DNA of 64,000 bases from Blastocladiella emersonii ATCC 22665 (GCA_025594325.1 JANHCV010000001.1:5022001-5086000), one strand, 5' to 3'; numbered from the stretch's first letter, positions 36,540-48,068 are shown. The notes: generated from the letters alone by a model not told the origin. A program made the numbers and translations.

Positions 36540-39500
36540 TCAACACGCGTCGCACCACACCTTGGCGCGGTACACGGTGCCGTTGCCGTTCTGCGGGCGC
36601 CACCGGATGCCGGGGAACGCGACAAGCACCACAACCCCTGCGGCGCCGTCGTCGAGGGAGAACCCGGCGTCGTGCCGCGCGATATCGAACGAGGCCCGTG
36701 CGCCGGGCGCGTCGTAGTCCATGGCGCGCGTGCCGCTGACGACGAGGTGCGTCGCCGCGAGCCGCGCGACCACGGCCCATGGCGGCGGGGCGAGGGCCAA
36801 TGGAGCACTGCCGCCGTCCAAGAGTTGAGGTGGTGGGGAGGGGACGTACTGCTGGAACAGCCGCGCGACCTGGTTCGCCGCGGGCGCGAGCGCCGTCGCG
36901 ATCGCCGTGAGGAACCGCTGGACGAGTGCCGCCGCGTCAGCTTCCGCCAACCCGCCCTCGCGTGGCGCCGGGGGCGCGGGCAGCGGCGCGCGTGTCGGGT
37001 CCTTGCCCCACTGCGCGACCGCGTCGGGCGTCGCGGCAATCAGGGCCGCCGCAATGACCGCCGCGGGGTCGCCCGTCACGGTCCTCTCCACCGCGGCGTT
37101 CCACGCGCGCGCGACGAGCCGCGGGTCGTCATCCAAAACACGCCAGATCGAGTCCCGCGCGACGGTCGCGACGCGGCCAATAAGGGCGGCGAGGGCGGCG
37201 CGCGGGTGCGGCGCGGGCCGGCCGACCGCCGCTAAAAACGCGTCGCGGCCGTGCGGCAGCGCCTGCTGCACGCCGCGGTGCAGTGACGAGTGCAGCCACC
37301 CGTACGTCCCGTCGTAGTAGTCGTGCACGGCCTGCGTCGACAGCGTGCTGGTGAGGGACCGGGAGACGGCCGTCGCGGCGGGTGCTGGTGGTGACGGGGA
37401 TGACGCTGATAAAACGGCAGCGGCGGGTTGCGGCGGCGGCGTGGTCCGCCGGTGCTGGTGCGGCGACGCGCCGCGGACGACGTCGGCGGGCCGCGGCAGC
37501 CGTTCGCGCGACGACGACCGGCGCGGGATCGGCGGGAGGTCCGCGTCCGACTGCGGAACGGGAACCGGTGCACGACGGAGACTGCGCGACCGCATCGGCG
37601 ACGTGTGCGGGGACACCGTGGGCGGCGGCGGCGCGCCGGGCAGCCCGGCGACGTTCATGCTGAGGCCCGACGGAAACGGCGCCCCACTGGTACTGTGCCG
37701 CGGGTGGTCCGCGACAACCGGGCTGTGCGCGGACGGGCTGTCGGGAACCGTCGGCGACAGGACCATGATGCTCTCGGGCGCCGCCATGCTCGCCGCTGAT
37801 GACCGGTGGTGGTGCTGCAGGGGCTTCGCGGGCGCGAGGTGCAGGTCCGCGGCGGACGGCCGGCGCATACGGATACTCGGCGAGCCCGTGGTGGGTTCCG
37901 GTAAACTCGGCGCGTTGCTCGCGTCGTACGGCGGCGGCACGCTCGCGGCGGCGCGGGACGCCGAGCGGCGCAGCGTGCTCTTGAGCGGGGCGAGCGGCGA
38001 GGGCGCGGGCGGCAGCACCGCCGTCGTCTGCAATGGCGCAGGCTGCGACCATAGCGGCGGGGGCGGCGGGTAGTCGGCGACGGTCGCGAGCGGGTGCTGC
38101 GCGGCGGTCGACGAGGTCGCGGGCGAGCTCTGCTGCGAGAGCGACGGGCTGCGCGGCGAGATGCTCGGGCTCGCGATGCCCAGGCCCATGCCGTCCATGG
38201 CGTCGATCAGGCTAAGCTCGACGAACGTCGGGACCTCGGGCGAGGGGCCGACGGCGGGCGACCGCACGGCACCGCCATTGGCGAGCGGCTGCGGGATCGC
38301 GCGCTGGCTCGGCGACACGTCCTCGGGCGCCGCTGGCGAGTCGGGTTGGTCGGGTGCACCCACAGAATCGAGCGAGCCCGACCCGCTGTGTCGTAGGCCC
38401 ATACGCGCGGGCCGCGAGGTCGAGCGGAGCGAGGCGCGGCGTTTCGGCAGCTTGGTGAGCATCGAAGGCGACGTGGTGGTCGAGTCGGGCTCGGCAGCGG
38501 GCAGACCCACCGTGTGGATGGGCGTGGTCAGCGAGCGGCGCGCGACCGCGGGGCTCGGCGCGCTCGAGAGCGGCGGGTAGGCGGGCGGGAGCGGGTCCGG
38601 CGTCGAGAGCGGGCGCGACGCGGCAGCGGCGCCGTGCAGGAGGTGAGAAACGGGGCTCTGCTCGACGCTGGTCGCAGCGCTCGTGTAGTGCGAGCCCGAG
38701 TCCGTATGGCCGTGCGACTCGGTCAGGTACTGCCCAGCAGCTGCAGCGTCGTAGCCGGACGAGGAGCGGCCAATGGTGCCGCCGTTCTCGCGCATGCGGT
38801 GGCGCGACGAGGGGCGGGATGGCGGGCGCACGGGCTCGGCGGCGGCGTAGCCGTCGTACTGCTGGTGGTACGACGGCTGCTGGCGGTGCAAGCTGCCGTA
38901 CGACGGAGCGTCGTGGCTGCCCGAGGACGCGTCGTAGTGGTCCGAGTAGTACTGCTGCTGCTGTTGTTGTTGCTGGTACTCTTCCGCCTGATGCTGATGG
39001 TGGTGGCGGTGATGGTACGCGTGGCCCTGCTCCTCGTACGAGTAGGCCTGCTGCTGGTCGTAGAGCGGCGGCGTGGTGCCGAGGGCCGCAGCCGAGGCCG
39101 AGTGATCCTCGTACTGATAGTACTGCTGCTGCTGCGACTGCGCGTGGTGCTGGTGCGCGTACTCGTCGGCATGGTGGTGCGAGTGGCCGTAGGCGTGCGA
39201 CGACTCGGGCGCGGACCAGGACCGCTACATGGTGGTCGAGGCGAGGTCAGCGCCCATGGCATCGCGAGAGCCCTGTGAACAGTCGTACCGCGCCGTGCTC
39301 ATCGTGGCTACTGTGGCGGTACTCGTACTGCTGCTGCTGTTGCTGCGGGTACTGAGCACGCGTGAGCGTCGCGTGGCCGAGGCTCGTAGACGCGCCAGCA
39401 GCAGCGCCCGATGCGGGTCGCGGTGTGGAGCCGGAGCGGCGCTTGGACGACGACATGACGGCGTCGAGGACGCGGCGGAACCGGTGTTTGCCGGACGATG

Positions 39501-39873
39501 GCTTCTCAGCCGGCGGGGTATCGTTGTTGCTGAGGTGCTCGAGCGGCGGCGGGAGCGGCGAGCTCGGGAGCGAGGCGTGGCCGTCGTCGCTGGTGGTCGG
39601 GTAGAGTGCCGGCGAGGAGAGCGGGGAGGGGCCCGCGCTCAGCGAGGGCTCGGCGGCGGGGAGCGGCGGCGGGAGCGGGTGCAGCTGTTGCTGGTGCGAG
39701 AGCGAGTGCGGGACGCAGAGCGAGTCGCGAAGCGAGCGATGGCGCAGTAGTCCGGGTGCGGGTGCAGTGGGCGTCGAGGGCACGACGCGGAGCGAGATGG
39801 CGCGGGCGAGGCCGGGCGCGGGTGCAGGCAGAGACCCGTTGTCGACGGGAGGGGAGGAGGAGGAAGCGAGCAT
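36540..39873 (-). CDS. Large S/P/Q-rich protein with a C-terminal helical plus beta domain resembling MIEAP/GIL1-IRKI/GrpE-head types
   Basis: Phase-0 intron (GTACGA..ATGTAG, about 39288-39225) joins two ORFs; C-terminus FDIARHD...VVVLVAFPGI...TVYRAKVWC. Confidence 0.6.
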
Positions 39874-40277
39874 GGACTGACCGGCGAGTGGCTGAGGCGA
39901 TGCAGGCGGGCTTGGAGGACGCGCGCGCTTCGCGTGATGGAAGGGCGGGCGGTCGTCTTGCAAGGGTGCTAGTGCAGCGATTTCATGGCAGATCGCCCGA
40001 GGCGAGGAGGGAGGGAGGTCGTCGATGGAAGCGGGCAGCGGCGAACCGCAAGCGGGCCAGCGAGCGGTCGCGGTCAAGACAAGGGAGGGAGAGACACTGC
40101 GAAAAAAAACGCGAACCGCGGACCGCAGCCGGCGCACGTGGGGTCCGCTGACGGCTGAGGCCGAGCTTGTCTTCTCGCCTCTTTCGCGCGCGATGATTCC
40201 AGCGCCGATCCCATTGCATGTATCTCGCGCGCGCCTAGCCGCCGCCGCACGCAACTCGACGCAACGCACACGCATCA

Positions 40278-40751
40278 ATGCCGCAGATCCACAACGTGTG
40301 CTCGCACCTGCAGAACGCCTTCCGGGCGCGGCTCCGGGCCACGTCGCTGCCGCAGTCGCGGCTCAACGAGTCGCTGCTGACGCTGCTGCGCGACCAGGGC
40401 TTCGTGAGCGCCGTGATGCGCGGGAGCCCCGCGGGGCCGCACGTGCCCGCTCAGGGCGTCGCCCAGCGCCGCCTGTGGGTCAACCTCAAGTACACGGGCG
40501 CCGCCCTCGACACCCCCGTCATGTCCGCCATGCGCACCGTGTCCAAGCCGTCGCGCCGCGTCTTTGCGACTGCCGACGAGCTCGCCGAGGTCGCCGCCGG
40601 ACGCAAGTGCCCGCGCCTGCAGCACCTCGGCCTCAAGATGCCCCTCACCCCCGGCGAGGTCGTCGCCATCAACACGCCCAAGGGCGTCGTCGACCTGCAC
40701 ACCGCCGTGAAGATGAACCTCGGCGGCGAGGTGCTGTGCACCGCCAAGTAA
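40278..40751 (+). CDS. MRPS8: Mitochondrial ribosomal protein uS8m
   Basis: CSHLQNA, LRDQGFVSAV, VSKPSRRV, TPKGVVD..AVKMNLGGEVLC. Confidence 0.92.
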   Translation: MPQIHNVCSHLQNAFRARLRATSLPQSRLNESLLTLLRDQGFVSAVMRGSPAGPHVPAQGVAQRRLWVNLKYTGAALDTPVMSAMRTVSKPSRRVFATADELAEVAAGRKCPRLQHLGLKMPLTPGEVVAINTPKGVVDLHTAVKMNLGGEVLCTAK

Positions 40752-40822
40752 CTTGTTCCTTCCTACCTGCGTTCTTTATTTTGTGTTGTTACAATAGGAT
40801 CTCTACCCCACCTCACCCGCTC

Positions 40823-42268
40823 TCACTCGACCACCTCGACCAGCACCGGCGCGTGCACCCGGCACATGGCGTGCCGCACCATGCGCCGGTACCGCACCGA
40901 ACCGCCCGCCCACGGCATCCACCACCGCGTCGCGCCCGCCGCACCCACTGCGATCGCCCGGTCTGCGCGCTGCCACTCGGTGCTCGGCGTCCACGGCCCG
41001 CCCTCGGTCTCTTCCTCCCACGCCCACGCGATCTGCGACTCGCTCACGTCCTCGACCTTGTTCACGCCCATGCGCTCGCACACGCCGCGCACAAACGCGC
41101 GTGCCGCGTCGCCGCCCTCGGCCTCGAGCGACGTGAGCGATGGAAGCCCGCGCGCGTGCCGCGCCGACCACCGCCACGCGTCCACGTCGCCCTCGCATCC
41201 AGCTGCGACGAGCGCCTCGACCAGCGCCGCCTCCTCGCGCGGCGACAGCGGAATGTACCCGAGGAACGGCACCCACCGCTGCACCTGCACCAGGTGCTCG
41301 GTCCACCCGAGCTCGAGCCACGCGCGCACCGGGTCCACGGGTGCCGGGTCCGACGGGAGCGGGAGCCATCGGCCGGGCGTCGCCTCGCCCGCCATCACCG
41401 CCGCTGACTTCTTACTCTGCGAGACCGCGAGCGGTGGCACGACGAAATCGAGCCCGCGCATCACGCCGTCCGCGATCCGCCGCGGCGCGCGCCAGCACAG
41501 CGGGACGAGCCCGGCGACCGCCACCGCGTGGTTGAGGGGAAGCAGCAGGTTGAGCGCGATCCACACGGGGAACGTGGCCAGCAGGAAGGCCGTCGTCTGC
41601 GCCGCCGTGTCCCGGTCGCGCCACGTCACCACCGCGCGCGGCGTCGCCACGAGCGACTGGACCTGCGATGCCGCGCGAGCCACGGTGCGCACGTCTGACC
41701 ATGTCGTCGACCAGTCGAGATCGGCTATGAGTCCGCCGAACGCCGGAACCGGTGGCGCGTCTTGTTGTTGTTGGGGAACCGCCGTCGGCCGCGCCGCGCG
41801 AAAACGTGGTGGCGACGGGGTCCGCGGCATCGCGTTGCGCCTTGGCTGGACTGGAACCGTGGGTGCAGCGATATCCCTTGCGACCCGCGCGATCGTCTCG
41901 GCAACCGCCACCGGTGTCGCCGCGACAGGGTTCGCCGCAGCCGCGGCCGCGATATGCGCCTGGACGGCCGGGTGGTTGGCGACGAGGACCGAGAGCGCGG
42001 CGAGGTGCGGGCCGAGCACGACGAGCGGCTGCGCCGCGGCACACAGCGCGACCCACGCCGTGCACAGGGCGAGCGCGGCGGCCGGATCGTCCCACGCCAG
42101 CGCCGACGTCAGCGTGCGGCCCGCGCGCGTCGCGAGGTGGAGTGCCTGACGCGACTGCGCCACCGACTGGATCTCGCCCGCCGCGCGGAGCAACTTGCGT
42201 GGGCTTAGCCGCGTGGGGGAGAGGAGGAGGAGGCTGCTGGTGGTTGTTGTGGCGGTTGTTGTTGCCAT
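40823..42268 (-). CDS. Pex23/Pex24-family peroxin-like protein (hydrophobic hairpins plus dysferlin-like C-terminus)
   Basis: W-D-P/W-D hydrophobic blocks; QVQRWVPFLGY, W.W repeats and VRYRRMVR resemble DysF motifs. Confidence 0.6.
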   Translation of the reverse strand: MATTTATTTTSSLLLLSPTRLSPRKLLRAAGEIQSVAQSRQALHLATRAGRTLTSALAWDDPAAALALCTAWVALCAAAQPLVVLGPHLAALSVLVANHPAVQAHIAAAAAANPVAATPVAVAETIARVARDIAAPTVPVQPRRNAMPRTPSPPRFRAARPTAVPQQQQDAPPVPAFGGLIADLDWSTTWSDVRTVARAASQVQSLVATPRAVVTWRDRDTAAQTTAFLLATFPVWIALNLLLPLNHAVAVAGLVPLCWRAPRRIADGVMRGLDFVVPPLAVSQSKKSAAVMAGEATPGRWLPLPSDPAPVDPVRAWLELGWTEHLVQVQRWVPFLGYIPLSPREEAALVEALVAAGCEGDVDAWRWSARHARGLPSLTSLEAEGGDAARAFVRGVCERMGVNKVEDVSESQIAWAWEEETEGGPWTPSTEWQRADRAIAVGAAGATRWWMPWAGGSVRYRRMVRHAMCRVHAPVLVEVVE

Positions 42269-42593
42269 GGTTGATGGTTGGTTGAGAGAGCGTAAGCCGA
42301 TCGAGCAGGCCACGATGCATCAAGTCGCGATGGACTCCGTGTCTAAGCAGAGGGGGTGGCACCTTCCGGCAGTGTGATTTCGCAGCGACCGACCTTGCCG
42401 AGTGGCACCGCCGCATGTCGTCACACCACGGCCTCGAACAAAACACGCGCGAAAAACGCGAGACATAGGTGCGAGACACTTTTATTACACGCGTCGCTTG
42501 GTCGCGCCGACCTCCGCCAGCCCCAAGCACCGACTCTTCAACTCCAACTCCGGCCGAGTTATCACTTATAACTGCAACGCATCAACAACAACC

Positions 42594-43713
42594 ATGGCAG
42601 AGAAACTCAAGTCGGCCGTGGGCCTGAAGCCCGACTTCCGGTCGCACCGCATGGCCGCGCGCGACACGCGCATCAAGGAGGCCAAGACCTTTGCCGACCA
42701 GGGCAACCGCGAGCTCGCGCGCGAGCGGTCCACGATTGATCGCAAGGAGGCCAAGCTGGTTCGCATCACGACATCGCCCTTGCAACCCGAACTCATCCCT
42801 CCCTACCCGCGAGTGTAGCTCTCCGAGGTCAAGAAGCTCGTCCAGCGCGGCGACCTGCACGGCGCGCGGCAGCTCGCCAAACAGATCGCCATGTACCGGC
42901 GGATCGGCGCGCGCAGCTTCGAGGCCTCGGTCGCGATTGACGTCAAGCTGCAGGCCATGAGCTCCAACAACAAGATCAACAAGCGCCACATGGAGACGCT
43001 CAAGAGCATCCAGTACGTGAACGGCGGCTCGTCGCTCAAGGACGTGGCCAACCGCGAGTACAAGGCCATGCTCAAGATGGAGGAGTGTAACGCCATGGAG
43101 GCCATCAGTACGTTCCTGCGCCCGTTCGGTGTCGAGACAGCGCTGACGCGCTGCGCGGGATCGTGTAGTGAACGAGGGCATGGACGAAATCTACTCGCTC
43201 AACTGGGACGACGAGGACGGCGACACGGACGACGCGGCGCACCTCGTCGGCGCGCGCAGCGGCCGTGTCAGCGACATCGAGGTCGACTCGATCGTCTCGC
43301 AGGCGCTCGACTCGAGCCAGGCCCGTGAGTACTTTGAGCACGCCGCGCGGTCCGGGTCGGGCGCCGGGTCCGGCGGGAAACTCAACTCGGTCGTCTTCAT
43401 CAAGGTCCACGGCCAGCCGGGCCTCGGCACCAGCATCCCGATCGACTCGCTCGAGCTGTCCGTCGACATGGTCAAGCGCGCCCTGTCCAAGGACCCGTTC
43501 GCCGTGCACCAGCTCGGCCTCGCCCTCGATGGCGGGGCCGCCGCGACCAAGGGCGCCAAAGGCGCGCGGGCCGCGGTCGGGTGCTGCCGGCCCTTCGTGC
43601 TCGGGCGCGTCGACGCCGAGACGGGCGAGTTCGAGGCGCTACCCATCGACGCGTCGCTCAAGAGGTGCGGGGTGCGCGCCAAGGAGGTGCTGCACATCAA
43701 GACGCTCGACTAG
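42594..43713 (+). CDS. ESCRT-III (Vps2/CHMP2-like) core fused to a C-terminal ubiquitin-like domain, 332 aa
   Basis: Exons 42594-42758, 42819-43107, 43169-43713. RELARERSTIDRKEAKLLSEVKKLVQRGDLHGARQLAKQI and MNEGMDEI..EVDSIVSQALD align by eye with CHMP2; C-terminus VFIKV..SVDMVKRAL..LPIDASLKRCGVRAKEVLHIK. Confidence 0.8.
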
Positions 43714-43789
43714 ACGATGCGCACGACGCGGACAGACGAGGATTATGATAGCTAATAGATATATCTACACGGGTGAGGTTGGCGGGAGT

Positions 43790-44304
43790 CTAGTCCCACA
43801 GGTGCTTGCGCTGGATCTTCTGCAGCTTGCGGTGCATGTGCTTCGCTGCGCGAGCCTCGAGCTTGTCCGACACGATCTTTCCGCGCTCCTTGATCTTGCG
43901 CTTGGTGATCTTCTTCTTGACGCGCAGCGCCGACGACGGCTTGCCGCCCGCCTTGCCGCCGTCTTCGTCGTCCGAGTCCACCCAGTTGCTCTCGTCGTCG
44001 GCGCCACCGGCGGCCTTGAACTCGGGCGCGTCGTCCACGGCCATGCTGCCAGCGGGCTCGGCGTCAGCGGCGGCGGCAACCTTCTTGCCGCCCTTCGCCT
44101 TACCCTTGCCGCCCTTCTTGAACTTGGACGCGGCGCCGCCGGCACCCGCCTCCTTCTCGTGCTTGGCCTTCTCCCACGGGTTCACGGGCCGGTACACGAC
44201 TGACGCGCGGGATCAGTCATCAGCTGCCATCGCGGCGATGGCCGCCGCCGTCACGGCGAGACACAAAGGCACTCACTCTGCGACTTTTGTTTCGACTTGC
44301 CCAT
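43790..44304 (-). CDS. Small basic nucleolar-type protein, Ecm1/Alb1-like pre-60S factor
   Basis: MGKSKQKSQ|IVYRPVNPWEK across one intron; C-terminal KERGKIVSDKLEARAAK...KIQRKHLWD resembles the Ecm1 C-terminal motif. Confidence 0.5.
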
Positions 44305-44743
44305 GGTGTCGATCCGTTCTTTCAAATGAGAAACATTCGCGTTGGGACACGCTGTCGCCCACCGCCCGGGGGTAAGAACTGCCTCCCTGTGCATTGCGCC
44401 ACTATTGTCGCAGTCACGCCGCATCACCTGACGCGTGTCTCGCAGAGAGACACGCGCGCGTCGCGACGCGTCGCGCCACCCGAATCCGCAGGTGGGGGAC
44501 GCGCGGCCTGCTAATCAGGGAACCACATGAAAACGCGCGCGCGTGTGTCTCAAGCACAAGCTGAAAATACTCGGCGTCGAGTGCAAGTGTTGTGTTGGCG
44601 ACGCGAGGTCGCGTCCCCCACTTGCCCAACCGAGCCACCCGCTGTCCCCAGGTCGGGACACTGGCCAAGGCTAGGAAACTGAATTCAATGGGACGCACGG
44701 CGCTGTTTGTCGGATCACCCGGCGCAGCGGCCGCGGCCAGGGG

Positions 44744-44749
44744 TATAAA
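44744..44749 (+). promoter_or_regulatory. TATA box upstream of the lipoxygenase-like gene
   Basis: TATAAA followed by a pyrimidine-rich leader, 135 bp before ATG 44885. Confidence 0.6.
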
Positions 44750-44884
44750 GTCGCCCCCGCTTCCCCGCCCTCCCCGCTCTCACGGATCCCCACTCGAGGG
44801 CTGTCAAGTCGGGCCCATCTCGTGTCTTCACCTTCCTCACCCTAGATCCACCCTCGCACACCGGCCCTCGACTAGACCGCCACC

Positions 44885-46803
44885 ATGATCAACGCCAAGC
44901 GGCTGCAGCCGCGGTCGCCGCTGCAAAAGGCCGCCATGGCGCTGTACTGGCCCGCGCTGATCGCCGTCCTCCCGATCACGACGCTCGTGCTCACGCCGTT
45001 CCTGGTGCCCGGCGCCATCGTCGCGGGCATCCTGGCCCTCGTGATCGGCGGTAACCCGATCCCCTACACGATGCAGTTTCTCGCCGACGCCGGACCCCGC
45101 GCGCGCGCCTTCCTCGGCTCGCTCGGCCCGCGCTGGCTCGATAACTCGCCCCCGCACCCGACCTACGTCCACGATGGGGTACGCGCGTGTTTTGCGGCAT
45201 CATCCGGCGCGGGACGTGTCACTGACTCTGCCATCGCCCGAGTGTAGGAGTTCCCGACGATTGAGAACGTGCCGTCGTCGTTCCGCTGGCAGTTTGCTGT
45301 GGTCCGCGGCCCGGCGTACCTGCGCAAGATGATCACCAGCTTCTTCTACGCCACCTACCTCGCGCTCTTCCGCCACAAGATCCGGCCCATGGAGGACGAG
45401 GAGATGGGCAAGATGTACGCGTCGCTGCACCCGCTGTCCGTGTACCCGACCTCGAACTGACCCACCACCTCTCGCTCTCGCATAGCGTGCTCCGCTCGAC
45501 GTACGTCAAGTTCCTCAAGAAGATCGACAAGGTGCCCGACTGGGCGGTCGAGGCGGGCGTGACGCCGGCTGCGCCGACGGACAAGATCGCGTACTACCTC
45601 GCCGACTGCACGTACGTCGGGCAGGTCAAGCCGTACAAGGGCATGCACATTGCGCCGACCGTGACGCTGTGGCGGTCGATGGACCGCACGGACCGCCCGC
45701 TCGATTCGCCGCGCGACCTGTACACGCCGCGCCGCGAGCGCGACTTCCCCGAGCTCGTGCCCGTCGCCATCAAGGTGTTCCCCAAGAAGCGCGAGGCGTA
45801 CGTCGCGCGCCCCGGCGACGCGGCGTGGGACGGCGGCAAGACCTACGCCCTCCATGGCATGAACCACCTGGGCACGCTCCGCGACCACCCCAAGATCCAC
45901 TTCCCGTTCGACACCATCAACGTCTACACGCTCCGCCTCCCGCGCAACCATATCATCCGTCAGCTTCTCACCCCGCACCAGCAGCTCACGCTCACGCTTA
46001 ACGACATTGTGCTCAACGTACGTCGCTCGCTTGCGCCGAACCTTATTCGATCAAACTGCTGACTACCGCACCGCAACAACTCGTAGAGCTACATTGCGTC
46101 GGTCGTCGTCAACCCGTTCATGACCCAGAGCCCGTTCGACGCGTCGCCCGAGGAGCTGCGCAAGTACCTGCAGGGCACCAAGGACGAGTTCGTGTTCTCT
46201 ACGAAGCCCTTCCCCGAGGACGCCTTCACCAACTCGCCGTACGTGCTGCAGCTGCAGCGGTACTACGCGGCGACGCGCACGTTCGTCGGCCAGGTGCTCG
46301 CGACGTCGGCGGCGACGGGCAGCGCGCGCGTCGACGACAAGGCGGCGAGCGAGTGGGCCGACGCGATCGCGGCGATCCTCCCTGGGTTCCCCAACGGCGA
46401 CGCGTGGGTGGAAGGCGGTGACGCGTACCGGGCTGACGTGCTGGCGCTCATCATGTGGAACCTCTCCTTCTCTCACACGCTCGACCACTACTCGTTCTAC
46501 GCGATCCCGTGGGACGTGAACCCGTGGCGTCTCCGCGTGCCCGTCCCGCCGACGCGCGACGACGACTTTGACTACGAGCGCGCCCACGACCGCGTCGACG
46601 CGTGGAAGCTCGCGCAGTGCGAGATGACCTTCTTCTACACGGGCTCGTCCACGTCCATGGCCAAGGTCGACTACCGCTTCAACGACCCCAAGCTCAAGCA
46701 GCTCAACCGCGACTTCATCAAGTCGATGCACAAGATCGACGCGATCAAGGACTCGGCCAAGATCCTGCCGCTCGCCGACATTGGCCAGAGCATCGACTTC
46801 TAG
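44885..46803 (+). CDS. Divergent lipoxygenase-like metalloenzyme with an N-terminal membrane anchor, 578 aa
   Basis: Exons 44885-45178, 45248-45441, 45486-46017, 46087-46803. AW..GK..A......L.DHPKIHF..D.I...T.RLPRNHIIRQLLTPH..LTL.LN follows the LOX core helix; SFSHTLDH; ends GQSIDF. Confidence 0.75.
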
Positions 46804-47232
46804 ACGGGCGGCTCGGTCACGGTCGGGAGCGTGCATTCGGTGTTGTCCAGTGTGTGGAATACCCTCCTCCCTCACCCGTCGCTCTTTGCTCTCGGCTTGT
46901 TGTGCATACGATTAGATCCTCATTTTTCGCACTAAATGCCTTGGAAAGAACTACGCGAACTACGTAGCGGAGGGCCAGACTCGGCTGTTGATGCCTGAGG
47001 TGATCACGCGAGGCCGAAGCCTCCGGTGGTTGCGGCCACGCTGAGTGTATGCAGTCTGCACTCGCTCTCCGATATAGCGTATAACTCGTCAAGTGGCTCT
47101 CTCTTTCCTCATACATCATCAGGTTGACACTTCCCGCGTTTTGCTGTGCAAGGCCCTCCTCACTCACTCCTGCTCCTGCCGCACCCCCGCTGCGCCGAAA
47201 TCTCTCCAAGCAGCACACAAAGCCTCTACACA

Positions 47233-47604
47233 ATGTCGACGTGGACGAAAAAGCTCCGGTTGCTCAACCGCTGCCACACAATTCGCACCAACATCTCGCC
47301 GTTGGCGGGGTCCATGGTGCCATTCCAGGGCACCGCGTCGACGCTTGTGGACGGCACGCCGACCCCCACCCCCACCCCAACTCCCGCGCTCAAGCAGCCA
47401 GCGGAGCAAGGTTTTAGCCCGTGCCAGCTACTCAGGATCCAGCTGTCCAAGTACGAACCGCTTACCTGGCGTTGGTCTTCCGACGTGCCCAAGCCGAAGC
47501 ATGAGCTTTTCGCCCCCGCATTTGAAGGGTCAGCGGAGGTGTCCATCCTTGGTGCTGCGGGCGTCACGGTTCTGGCTGCTGCGCTCTTCTGGATGGTCAA
47601 ATAA
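47233..47604 (+). CDS. Possible orphan tail-anchored protein (123 aa)
   Basis: CT-rich leader, ACAATG start, PT repeat, C-terminal hydrophobic VSILGAAGVTVLAAALFWMVK; weaker codon bias than neighbours; no recognisable family. Confidence 0.35.
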   Translation: MSTWTKKLRLLNRCHTIRTNISPLAGSMVPFQGTASTLVDGTPTPTPTPTPALKQPAEQGFSPCQLLRIQLSKYEPLTWRWSSDVPKPKHELFAPAFEGSAEVSILGAAGVTVLAAALFWMVK

Positions 47605-48015
47605 AGATTGTAAGTGTTGGTTGGTGGTTTAACCACTACTTGATCGAGACTGTCGAGAAGGTGAGGAATGAGCGGGTAAGCGACACGGCCATTGTGACGG
47701 GATGTTTGCGTTCGTAGCCCACTTCCGCCTTTCCCTCTCGCTGAGCCGGAAGTCTGCTTTCAGCAACAACTCTTCTCTAACGATTCTTTAGTCGTACGAG
47801 CACTCGAGTCGAGCAGCAATTACTTTCGCGCTGCTTCGGTCCGCGGCCAATGGACGCGTTGCGCCACAACTGATCCACCGTCCGCCAGCGTACGAACCAT
47901 GTGATCCCGTTCCAGACGTCAATTTGTATGTAACAAAGTCGCTGATTAAGAAAAATTAACAACGATTAACAAACCCGACCCACACACACATTCGTACTCG
48001 CGAGCTTGCGCGACT

Positions 48016-48068
48016 GCAGCACCCGCACGGCAGGCGCGACCTTTCCACGACGGCCGCGCGGACGCTGC
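48016..48068. repeat. 53-bp hairpin repeat, copy 1
   Basis: GCAGCACCCGCACGGCAG-17 nt-CGGCCGCGCGGACGCTGC; 14/18 Watson-Crick pairs. Confidence 0.85.
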
